A DNA stretch of 63,511 bases, counting the filler, from Klebsormidium nitens (taxonomy: Eukaryota > Plantae > Klebsormidiophyceae): NCBI GenBank assembly GCA_000708835.1. It is 5 parts of 5 records of this genome, joined end to end, with 100 filler letters (N's around TTAATTAATTAA, not from the genome) between each part and the next. Parts side by side here need not be neighbours in the genome. Positions count along the whole stretch, not along the records: positions 6,366 to 30,124 come from DF237876.1; positions 30,225 to 58,792 come from DF236996.1; 3 more parts are not named here. One strand, written 5' to 3'. The number at the start of each line of letters is the position of its first letter. Within the stretch, counting starts at the first letter, position 1. The notes below the pieces were generated by a model that was not told the origin of the DNA, searched no databases, and saw nothing but the letters and a program-made list of their open reading frames with translations. The position numbers and the translations under genes were made by a program. Shown here piece by piece: positions 24,750 to 36,900 of this stretch.

Positions 24750-26757
24750 TGTGGTCTACCAGCCGCAATCGAGAATGTCGTAGTCCTAAATTTCATTAGC
24801 GAACAGTATGCGATGTGCTTCAGCGCAGCAGCGTGATCAACCGTCAAAAACAACCGGTCAATGATCTTCACAAGAGCTAGACAGAGCGGACCTAGGGGAG
24901 TACATGAGATTGACGGCAGATCCAGGGTGGGGACGTTGAGAGATACCTTTAAAGCGTTTGGGAGCAGCGGAACGATGGATATCTGCTGGTGGTGGCTTGA
25001 AGTAACCGCAACGAAATTGGGCGACCGACTGGCCGAACTTCCACTTTTGCTGTCGCTCAAATGGGCCGCTTGCTCCAAAACCGTACCCCCATGTCCGTCG
25101 AAAGTGCGGCCGCAAGCGACGTGAAAGAGATGCCATCTTTAAGAATGCGGGTCGGCATCTGCTGCAGTTTTCGACTCATTCATATGGCAGACGACACTGC
25201 CACAAACGTATGCATCCTAGCCTCAATTTCGCCTGGTTGGCGAGTAAAAGAACCTCTTCTTCGACGAGTATTGCACCAGATTATCTTAAGCAGACTCGCA
25301 CTCGCTTTGAGTACGACGGGTAACAGGCTGCCGTGGGTGCACTTTAGCTGAAAACAGATCTGTAGCTGCACCGCAAAAGTAAGGCGAACTTTTAGGAGGA
25401 TCGCAAACACTTCACGACTTTCAAAAGGAACCAGACAAAGCGGGAGAAGAGTTGTGCAGACAGCGGGAGAGCGACTTGCCTCAAGATAACGCAGTGAGCG
25501 GTTTGTATATCTGCGACGGAAAAAATCAACGTGACTGGGTACATTCAGAAAGTCGATTAACTCCCTGCTGACGTCACCTGCTTCGGAAGACAATTAGTCT
25601 GCGATTCGAGAAGTGGGCACGTGATAGGCCGAAAAGTTCAGCACTGCAGATTCCAAGATACCGTTTGGCTTCGGCAAAGACGCCCTTGAGATAGATGCGC
25701 CACGCAGAACACACGTGACGCCTTGGCTCAGAAATTGGCACTGGAAAGGATCGGTCTGTTGAATCTACAGATCGCCAGCAGAATTTCGTCACAGCCACCT
25801 CCTGGTGGATGTTCGAGCGCAAACATGTTGTTTTTGTCGCATCCTTGATTCACGGGGAGTAGTTTCGAACGGAGCCAGTCGGCAGCCGACGACTGAGGGC
25901 CGGCGAAAGGAGGAGGCTGAGCAACGGAGTGAGAGCTGACTGCAAGCTGGTTGAGGACCTTAACAGCGTCGTCGCCGATTCGACGACCTATCGCAAGAAA
26001 GTCGTTATTGCAACTTTGTCAGGCTAGCATTGTGGTCCTCAAAGATGTCGTGCGACCTTGTATCTGAAGAGAGGCACTCCGAATTGTGCGCCTCTGGCAG
26101 TAAACTCTACCGGAGCAGCCATTTTTGTCACAGCCAGACAAACAAGGGAAGAGGGAAGATCAGTCCACATGTGACTGAATTGTTAAATCGAAGCAAGCAA
26201 CCAGGAAAGCAACTAGCCGGGGAAGGCTGCGAAACCAGTCCAGCCTGAAGATAGTTAAAAAGGGCTGTTTGAAGCAGTAAACGCATAGACCTTATCTCAG
26301 AATACCACGTGGCCCCAAACTTAACAATCATACGCGTGGACACCGTGGCCTCTCCTGCTATTCAAAGGGGTGATTTTGTCGTGCAGTAAGCTCGTCGTGG
26401 CAGGCTCCCGCCGCTTATGAACGCAAGCTACTCTAAGTCAGGCCCCACTGATTCTTAGGAGGGCCAGCTCCACTGTCGAGGCCACATATTGCCAGAGAAT
26501 TGCGGAAGTACTGGGTCGAAGAGTGTCACCGCGCGCCCAGACTTGCACCATCAACGGCCTTTCCGACCTTGCCTCAAGAACAGGCTAAGTTCGAAGGATG
26601 AACTCTCAATGATGCAATAATGTTGCTGCTTTCACCAAGCCGGCCGTGACACGTGTCTCGTTCTCTAATATCTTTGAAGCAGCCTACCATGTGACAGCAT
26701 ATCGTGAGAGTCGTATACTGACCGTCCGCGGCTTGAGAATGTTAGAAGTATTTGCGC
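24750..26757. repeat. Family B unit, copy 2 (runs into gap)
   Basis: Collinear with about 20.8-22.7 kb at an offset of about 3.9 kb. Confidence 0.75.
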
Positions 26758-27280
26758 NNNNNNNNNNNNNNNNNNNNNNNNNNNNNNNNNNNNNNNNNNN
26801 NNNNNNNNNNNNNNNNNNNNNNNNNNNNNNNNNNNNNNNNNNNNNNNNNNNNNNNNNNNNNNNNNNNNNNNNNNNNNNNNNNNNNNNNNNNNNNNNNNNN
26901 NNNNNNNNNNNNNNNNNNNNNNNNNNNNNNNNNNNNNNNNNNNNNNNNNNNNNNNNNNNNNNNNNNNNNNNNNNNNNNNNNNNNNNNNNNNNNNNNNNNN
27001 NNNNNNNNNNNNNNNNNNNNNNNNNNNNNNNNNNNNNNNNNNNNNNNNNNNNNNNNNNNNNNNNNNNNNNNNNNNNNNNNNNNNNNNNNNNNNNNNNNNN
27101 NNNNNNNNNNNNNNNNNNNNNNNNNNNNNNNNNNNNNNNNNNNNNNNNNNNNNNNNNNNNNNNNNNNNNNNNNNNNNNNNNNNNNNNNNNNNNNNNNNNN
27201 NNNNNNNNNNNNNNNNNNNNNNNNNNNNNNNNNNNNNNNNNNNNNNNNNNNNNNNNNNNNNNNNNNNNNNNNNNNNNNNN

Positions 27281-28750
27281 NCTGGCAGTGCGCAAATACT
27301 TCTAACAGAGAAGCGGGTACATCATGTGCCGAAGAAAGTAGCGACATCGCATGGTTTTAAGTACCTTTTGGCTTTGGCAAAGAGGCCCTTGGATAGATGC
27401 ATGCGTCACAATACCACACGTGATGCACTGGCTTAGGATCTGGCAATGCCGGAGATTATCGCTCTGTTCCATGGCAAAGTTACAGGTCGCCAGCACAACT
27501 TCGTCACAGCCAACTTCTGCCAAACGTTTCGAGCACGAGCGTGGGTTCTGTTGCCGCATCCCGAGATGCTTTCGGGGTGTCGGTTCAGATGCAGCCAGTC
27601 GCCAGCCGACGACTGACGGCCGGCGAAAGGGAGGGGCTGGAAATATGAGCGAGAGCTGACTCCAAGTTGCTGCAGAACTCGACAGCTTTGCAGCAGATAC
27701 ACTGCACGTAGAGCAAGAGATTCGTCTTTGCAACTTCGTGAGAGCGGGTAAAGGAATGTGGTCCTCGGAGGTGTTGTACGACCTCAGATTAGCAAGAAGG
27801 GCATCCGAGTCTTCAAGAAGCGCCGATGACAAATATCTCTGCCAGAGCAGCCTGTTTTCGTCAGAGCCAATTGAATGTGATAGTGAAATCCATTTTCTCA
27901 TACGATGATTGAAATGCTCAGTGATCGAATCAAGCAACAGGAAATGCTGGAACCGACTTCAGCCCGAGAAGAACTAAAGGCTTCTTCGGAGCCCCGGCAA
28001 AAGCTTAGAACATGATCCCAAGTAGCAAGCTGATCGTTGCAATTCTGGGCATCTTAAGGTGCCAATATATTGTCAGCAAAGTGCGATTTCGTGCACTTAT
28101 TTACAGTATCATTGCGATTCGACCGCGCGTCTCTCGCAGAAGATTACAGTAATTGGCCTCTTAATGGTTTCAGAATAACAAAAAGCAGGGGCGAAAGATG
28201 CCCGAAAGATGCACCCTGACTGCGCGAATGCAGATGATAAACGTCTCATGTTTGATTCACGTAGTGGGACTCTTTTTGTAACAGCTATGATGAGCTGTCT
28301 AGGAGACGATCGCTTGAAACCTCTCGACTTCTGACAAAGTTTGCAATGGGTCACGGTGCAGGCTCGAAAGGAACATAACTGTTCTGTGAGGATTTGGCAA
28401 TCAGAGTTCCGAGAGTTGGGCTTGGCTAGTTGGCTTCCGAGTCAGGTACGACCTTGACCACTGGCAGCGAGTGTGCCATCCGTCCGAGAATTACGTCCCA
28501 GCAGCCGCGTCCTTCTTCAGTGCTTTGCACATTGAGTATCGAAGCGGACCAAGCCAGTGAGCAACTTGAAAGACCGGAAAGTGATTTTGTTCAAGTACGT
28601 CTCAGGCACGGGTCGCAATTATCACCACTTTTCTGGACCTTTTATAGACCCCAATGCATCCCGAGGTTGCGGGACGCTTGACCTACCTCTGGCAGAAGGG
28701 ACCGGAGGAGGAGAAGTTACAGGGGAACACGACTTCAGTATTAATGAGAA
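27281..28750. repeat. Family B unit, copy 3 (5' part in gap)
   Basis: Collinear with about 21.7-24.1 kb, with internal deletions (e.g. TGGCAGCGAGTxTGCCATCCGT at ~23765 and ~28464). Confidence 0.7.
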
Positions 28751-30930
28751 CCACTAATCCACTTATCCAAGATCGGGACACTCCTTTCTTACAAGAATTC
28801 TATGGAAATCTTGTTGCACGAAAGCCTGCCTCCGCTACGTACAGCCTTTGTGGAGTTCAATGCCATGTTGGCAAACATGCCAGCAGCACGGTTCGTCATG
28901 GGCTCCAGACAGGCTGAGGTAAACAACCTTGTAAATGAAGATATCTTGCAGCAACTGATCAGCAGCAACAGGACAGCTTTCGCAAAACATCGATCTACGG
29001 CTTCTTTTTTGTAGTCTGAGAAGAAGGAAGAAGAAGAGAGAAGCGCAGCGAAACAATGAACCGATATTTGCAGCATAGAAGTCAAAGCGTAAGTTAAAGA
29101 ACATGTTCTAGTCACTGCATGGCTTAATTCGATCTCCGAACCCGTCCTGAAGAAGCGCAACAAGAGCGATAGTCGTGAAGGGATGGAAGCAGAAACTTAT
29201 GCAGACCAGCAAATAGCAGATTTCCAATAGACTTTGAGTCGTCCTTGGGCGTGTTGCCTCAAACATGTGTCTTAACCACCAAAACGTCTTGGGCCAACCT
29301 GGCAACAACTTTCGGGGTACCAAGGGATTGTGAAACTTGAAAAGGGGAGTCTCAGCCCAAGCGCGCAGGTGGGCAGAAAAATTGCATGACGGCCTTCAAC
29401 TTTCCCAAGCTAGCTCCAGTGAGGGACGATGCAAACTCAGAGCGAGCAAGAATCATTGCCGTCTCAATCATTTCGCAATTACGCGCCACCAAATAAGTAG
29501 TCATGGTCATAACAAAATGGCGGACACTCGGCCACCCGTTTCACTTGTACTATGAATGGACAGCTTGAAGGTATTTCGATCCGCTCGATTGCAACTACTA
29601 GTTTTCAGACGTTGATACTTGAGTTCAACTCATCTGCCTAAAAGTTTGCCAAGAGTCTATGCACGCTTCAGTCCCGACGGCAACGGAACCGAGTTTTGGT
29701 AGATGCAACCGCTTCGATCATGCAACGAGATGGAGGGTTCCGAAAAAGACTACCCGTTCAATGCTTGTGTGCATCTGATCTAAGGAATACCCTCTTTCAT
29801 CAAACATTCACCTAGTAAATGCAGACTCCAAGATGAAAACTGGACCGGCGTTTTGGCGCACCCAGATCGTACGGTGTCATTTTTAACCGGATCTGCCAAG
29901 CGGCTATGGAAGGACCTCAGTGGCTGAACACGCGCGCTCCATGCAAGACCGTCCGGTCAGCAGGATTCGGTCCTGCGCGGCACACAAAATTTGCATATTA
30001 AGAATCGGATCGATCGAGCACCTTTGTCAAAACCAGGGTTACCACCAAATTCACGAGAAGGACTCCCTTCTTCTCAAATTGATTATGGGAAACTTTTATA
30101 CATGGCAATCTATATACCGGAAATNNNNNNNNNNNNNNNNNNNNNNNNNNNNNNNNNNNNNNNNNNNNTTAATTAATTAANNNNNNNNNNNNNNNNNNNN
30201 NNNNNNNNNNNNNNNNNNNNNNNNACCTACGGTAGTTCTTCGTATTCACACGCGCCCTAACCCACCCTGCGACGACGGTTGATAGATTTGGTTAGGCGTG
30301 CCTACCAACGTAACCAGCCACGAACCTGGTGAATGAATGTGTCACTGCACGAACTTCAATCTGCACAAGCAGAGCTCTCAAAATTGTCAAATTCAAAGCT
30401 GAGCAAAGCTCCGACTTCTCTCAAGCCTAGAGAGGAGGAAGTAAAGGCACTTGTGCCCTTGCTAGCTAGGTATATGGAGCTTTGCGGAGTTTGCAGGCCA
30501 GGGTCGTGGTGGCTTCGAGGAGAATCAGAGCAGGAAGAGGAGCTGGCTGCAAAACCTACCTGGATTCTATTATTTGTACAAAAGGACGGCGAAACCCTAA
30601 ATATGCATTTGCAGGATTGAGCGGCCTCAATGCAACATATCAGTGGCTTTGATCAATGCACCTTAAGTTGTACACATTCTGCAAGTTAGCTGGATTTCCA
30701 TGATCAGATGGTCGTTTATGATTTTATGATTTTCCAGTTCACAACACTTGTTTGAGAATCTGCAGCCTGGACAAGAGTGGGCTCCTCAACATAATAGTAG
30801 CTTTGACCACTATGACTTGGAGCATGTAGTACCCCTTCTGCAAGTCAGCTGTCAACAATCCAGATCAGGTGGTTGTTCACATTGTATACCCTCCGTTCAC
30901 ACTTGTTTAGCAATTTATCATTGCACAAGA

Positions 30931-33900
30931 ATGGGTGTCCTCCCTGGCCCCCCCCAGCGCGACAACCGGGGCGCCGCAGACTGCAACTACGCCGGGCTGC
31001 TAGCTTACGCCTGCGGCTCTTCGGTTGCAATTGTGGAGCTGCAATCTATGCAAATTGTGCACGCTCTGTGGGGAGATAAACCAGACGTGTATGTGACCGC
31101 TGTCTCCTGGTCGCCTGAGAGCCTCTCGCGAGACCTCAGCGGTCAGGTGGCCAATCTGAAGCTCGCGACTGGGGACAGCACTGGCAGGGTTGCACTCTGG
31201 GATGCTGTGGGGGGTCAGTTTGTTATGTGGTTGGGGGGAGGGGAGGGAGCTCCGCGGAGTGGGGGGATCATCCTCGATCTATGTTGGGTGCTCGGTCGGC
31301 CCTGGCAGCTCGCAGCTCTGCAGGCGCCTTCATCGCTGGTCATCCTAGACACCACCAGGTCAGCTAGCATCCAGAGGGACTGTACGGAACAAACTTCTGA
31401 CTTGTTTCCTTGTGTTCCTTATGGGGGCCAATATATAATTTCTGAGAAGAACTCCCTTTCAGCCTAGTCATTGTGGCTGACGGCCAGCGATAAACAGGGC
31501 CATGTTGTTTCAATGAGCTTGGTTGAAGTCCTCTTGTACACAATTGATCTGTAAACAAGTACATTCCTACGTGTCCTCTTGATGCCAGTGACTGTTCCCA
31601 TAGATTGTTTTGTGGCCAATAAGCGAGGCAAGCTACACTTGAGCTCACACATCAAACTTCCAACTAGATCCTCGACTAAACAAAGTCAGCAGGGCGAAAT
31701 ATTGCACTTTGTCGATCTCTTTTGGCACATGAATCCCTGCAACCGTTCTGCAGTGGAAAGCCACTCTGGCGGCTTGAGGCAACAGAGCCCCTGACTTGCT
31801 TAAGATGTGACCCGTTCGATGCCCGCCAGCTCTGCGCCATGGGATCTAGAGGGCTACTGCTTCTCTTGACTCTGAATGGGACAAGTAAGTCTTTCTGAAA
31901 TTACTTTTCAGCTTCTCACATCTTCTCACATCTGTTTTGTCCAGAAGATAACCTCAACTTTGAATTACGAGCCTTTCCGGTACTATCTTTGTGCGTTTTT
32001 CCAAAATGGCACTGTCTCTGATTCGAGCATTGGTCTCTACTGTGATCCTTGCGGATCAAATGTCCAGATTTGATCTAGAAAACGGTTTTCGAGTTCCTGG
32101 GAAGGTTTGTTGAAAATTCACATAAGGTAGTCCAGCAAGGAGTCGCAGACAGATGCGCTCCACGTTTGCAAGGGGTTGCAGTGCTTGGGAGTCTTCATAC
32201 TATCTTCACCAATGAACAAAGGAGGAAAGTTTCACAGCCGCTCTAACAGCCTCCCAAACCCCTTCACCTGAACGTGAGCTCGCCCTTCTGTCCATTTTGC
32301 AGAATCGCAAGACATTCAGCACACAGAGCATCGTGTCCCGCTGGGCGATGCTCTGGAGGCTCCAAAGAAGGTCGACAAGAAGGACGAGAAGAAGGAAAAG
32401 GACGAGGCGCCGCAACTCAACCTGCGGTGTATGTTTTCTCCAGGGGTAAGGGCCCAGTGCTTCTGCTAAGTGTCGTCTCGTCTGTTTCAGGAATCCTGAT
32501 GATACCTACGTGCGGCTCTGGTTTGACATCATCATCTTTCAGCGACTCATGTAATGATTCTCATATAATGATTGAACTTCGAAGGTTTATTGTGCATTTT
32601 GTCAAGAGAGGTAGATTGCCCCTCGGTATTGGCTGGCGGCTGGTAGCGCGAAACTGGAAAGTTGGACCGTTTTAAAGGTTAGGTCCCATCCAAAGGATGC
32701 GCTTTCGTCTTAATACAGTGATGTGCCGCTTTGTGGCTAACAAAGTACCTCGATTTCTACGACATCTCCTCGTCGTTCTTTCCAGGTGCCAAAGCTTGTG
32801 TACGTCATGCTGCCAAAGGAGATTCTGGCTTTCGACATTGAATGTAAGTCCTGGCAGCCATTCGCACAGCCTTTTCGACAAGGACCAGTCAGCTTTTGAG
32901 GCTCTCGTGCGACACCACGGTCTGAAGCTAAGCTGGACAGTTCGCACCAGTCTTGTTAACGGACTTTCGAACAAAGTAAACCGTCTGGTCTCAATGTATA
33001 CTGCCCCTTCATTCAACTGGACGTGTGTGCGAGTAGTGTTCGCTTATTTGTACCACTTCCGATATAGGAAGACTGGTCAGCCCCTGCTTGCATGGTAACA
33101 ATTCCGTTGGATCGCAAGGCGCCGTTTCGACGTCTCTCCCAGTCTCCTGCAGATTTCACTTGATTCGCTCATCAAGATCTTACTAAGCGTTTGCTTGTTT
33201 GCTGAGCCCTCTCCATCAGCCGACGGTTTTTTATGTAACCTTGTCACAGTCCTTGCTGCTTGGTCTGACCCTTCCTCCGTCCCCTTTGCCCATGAGATAT
33301 CGGTACCGGGCTCACACCTTAACTGAAGCAAAAATCAGACAAGCTCCACACTGAAATTCACTTGAAAGCCCCGTATTCACCCCGCCCGTCCCCCAGATTC
33401 GGTCCTTCCTTCACGTATGATTCAACGTTTCTTTGCTACGTTTCCAACGTCTCGCTTCTTTATAGACCGTCAACGGGCTACCAAGAGAATCTGAATGTAA
33501 AAGGGTTTCACCTTTTGCTCCTAAGTCGCCTCGTCTTGCTGACTTAACCTCCGCTTCAGACCTCTGCCCCGTACAGTCTGCCTCTAACCCAGTTCTTGAA
33601 ACCCTGAGCGTTTCAATTCCCGCACAGTCTATCTCTAACCCGATTTCAAACCCGATTCGGCAGTTGGCCAAGTGGTGGCTTCCACACCAGTCCCCAGGAA
33701 TTATGCGAAGCTGCTCGACCTCTTGACTGTGATCGACGGCGAACTGCTCTACTGCCTGCATTCAGATGGGAAGCTCAGCGCCTGGCTAAGAAAAGAGTGA
33801 GTCTGCCTTCTCTCCCAACGGCTCATTTTCTTGTGTTTCTTGGACCGCAAGGTTTCTTACAAATTCGTTTTTGGGCCATGGCGGAGCCCCGATTGTGTTA

Positions 33901-36900
33901 TGCAATTGAATGGCTTTGCTAAACCTCTAGAAGCTTGAACATTCAAGTATCGGCGGGGGACCGTAAGCATGGTTGTTGGACCCCTTGCTTGAGCCACACT
34001 GATTTAAAAGTGCAAAAGTCGGTCTAGCACTTTACTCACTAAAGGGTCAGATGAGCTTCTCTCCCTTCCTCTCGCAATCCGAGCATCGGTTTCGGATTGA
34101 AGGAGCAGTTGCTTGCTGAGAGTCAACCGAGACTTTTCGTTCCCGCAGGAAGAAGCAAACGTTTGCCATGAAGCACGTGGAAAATCTGCTTCCGTCACTA
34201 GCCACCCAAACGGGCGTCAGCGTCCAGGTCCTAGCAGCCGCGCACGCCCCAACTCTCCATGACGCCCCAGGCCTCAGCCTCGGTTCCGTCCCGCTAACCC
34301 CTGCCGAAACTTCCGGAACCCCCCCGGGAACCGTCGGAACATCGCTCCTGTCCATAACGGACGACGGTCGGGTCTGGAAGTGGGAGATAAGCGCACATTC
34401 TCACAACCCGCCCGTTAACCCGGCCCCTGACCAGGCGGAGGGGCCCACTTTCCGTGCAGTACTAGCGGGGATTCTGCACACGCTCCCTGGGTTAACCACC
34501 ACGCTTTCGGTTCCAAACCCATCTGCACTAACCCCACAGTCCACCCCCTTCGACGGCCTTCCCCGGACGCCCCCCCCTCCGGTCCCATTAGCCGCTCTCG
34601 CCACGTCAGCCGGGAGTATCGAGATCGTTGACACCGCGGCGCTCTCCGTAGTCTCGTCCTTTTCTGTGCACTCTGGCGCGGTGCGGGGGGTGCGCTGGCT
34701 CGGCAACTCGCGCCTCGTCTCGTTCAGCTCGGCCGAGGTCAAGGGCAAAACCCCCGGGTTTATGAACAAGTTAGCGGTGACCTGCGTCCGCTCGGGGCTA
34801 ACCAAACCCTTTCGGGTGCGCACGACCGCGGAACGGGGCTCGATGCGCGGGCTGCGAACCTCGTCGAGCGGTCGGTACCTCCTCGTTCTCTTCCGGGACG
34901 CCCCCGCAGAGGTCTGGGCGATGACACGTGTCCCCCAGATGCTGCGCTCGCTCGCGCTCCCGTTCGCGGTGATGGAATGGTCGATCCCGGGCGAAAACCT
35001 CCTCGGCTCTAGTTCCCACTCGCCCCTCTCTTCTTACAACCCCTCCCCCCGGAGCAGCATCGCGGCCGCCGCCGCCTCTGCCGCAAGCTCGTCTTCTCTG
35101 GAGCTGACGCAGGGGGGGGGTACTCCGACCCCCCCGAAAGAGGAGCCGGGGGAGAGCTTTGCGTTTGCATTGGTCAACGGGTCGCTAGGGGTGTTCGAAC
35201 TCAGGGGGCGGCGCGTGAGGGACTTCCGGCCCAAGTGGCCGACGTCGAGCTTTGCGGCGGGTGACGTCCTCGTGACCTCGATGGCCTACCGGCTGCCGTA
35301 CGTGGTGATGGGCGACCGGGGGGGAAATGTCAGGTGGGTTTGGGCCCTTCAGTAAGGGCTTTACCGTTCGGAATCCAGGCATCCGAAACCAAACCGCAGT
35401 CTGTGTCCAATCCAGTGCGTTTCCGCCTTCTGTCAGGGACTTGCTCTCGTGAACCCTGCTCGTGCTTCATTGGCTAGGCCTCAAATGGCATACTGCAGCC
35501 TGGGTCCGAGCCTGAATCAACGACTCTGACAGGCTCATGTCCCGCGAGTGCGCCGGCTCCACATGCAGGAAGCGTTCTATTTTTCACGTCCAGCAAGGCG
35601 AGCTCAAGAAGATGAGCCAAATCGCTATACTCGGCACTATGTTTACAATCAAGCCCTACACCTTCGAAGATGTACACCTAATCTTTGTCTCGCTGCCAGG
35701 TGGTGGGATGTTAAATCAGGCCTAAGCGGCTCGTTTCCTCTGCACCGTGGGGGCATCCGGCGGCTCAAATTCGCCCCCATCGCTAGCGGCGCGTCGAGCG
35801 ACGACAAGGGCAAAGTCGCGGCCCTGTTCACGGACCACTCCATCGGGATCTTCGACTTGGACTCGGGGGAGCCGTTCAACGAGGCGTTCGTTAACAAGGC
35901 CCATGCCAGCTTGCCGGTAAGTTGTCTTTGCGGACCATAAGGCTTTGATGCGTTTATGAATGCGTGTCGGTCTGCATAATCATTGTCATCTGAGCCTTTG
36001 ACGCTTGAGTACGGGCGTGTGCTCAGCATCCTTGCGATGAGTGCGAATTCCGCTTCTGCAAAGCCACTAAGGTGCTAATGATTTGACAGAGGTGCTCGTG
36101 GGGCGGTTTTACTTGAGCTTTGGGAAAATAGTAGAGCTCGAGCGTCTGCATCTGCATGCGGACGTCACTTCGGTGCCAGGAGTGCGCCGCGATCTTGGCG
36201 CTTGAAGATTGTTCCTATGAAGGCAACCGGAAAGGCCTCTTTGCCTGAACGGATCTGTTTGGGAGGGCCCGTCAACCGCACTCCTCATAGTGTTGAAACA
36301 GATCCTTCTCTTCTCGTCGATTGCCCCACGTAATGCTCCTCCCCAGAAAACTTCTTAGATCGTGCTCCAGAAAGTTCAGTTTTCTGAGATCAAAGGATTC
36401 CGCGCAGGTCTTCGAGATGGAGTGGCTGCCCCACTCGGGCGACCCGCACGAGCCCCTTCTCCTGGCGGTGGTCGCTGCCGACGGCAGCTACCGGCACCTG
36501 GACGTCCATTCCGACGTCCTGCGGGCCCACCCCCGGAACCGGAAACTCATCCGGCCGCAACCCCTGAAACCCCTCCCTCGATTCCGGCCGGTTCCGCTGA
36601 CGAGCCCCCTGCTGCTGCCGCAAGCGCAGGCGCTCGCGTTGAGAATGTTGCTGCAGCAGGGGGTGCGGCCAGAGTGGCTGGAGGGGGAGGGAGGCGGCGC
36701 GCAGCCTGGGGATATGAGGTGGGTGCTTTCGCCAGAGATCACTTTTGTCTCTGTCGTCATTTTGGCGTCGTGGCAGGAGAGCTTTCTGCCCGCTTGCATG
36801 CAGTCCCTCCTTTAGGTCTTCTCATGGAGAGTGAGTAAGACGGGGCTTCTCAAAAGTAGTCGTCTTGGGGAGACGAACGATTGAACTCCTCAAGGGTAAT

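Noticed and set aside
30748-30930. Upstream in-frame extension of the WDR11 first-exon ORF
   Set aside because: Homology to plant WDR11 begins at the ATG at 30931; the extension has no coding bias.
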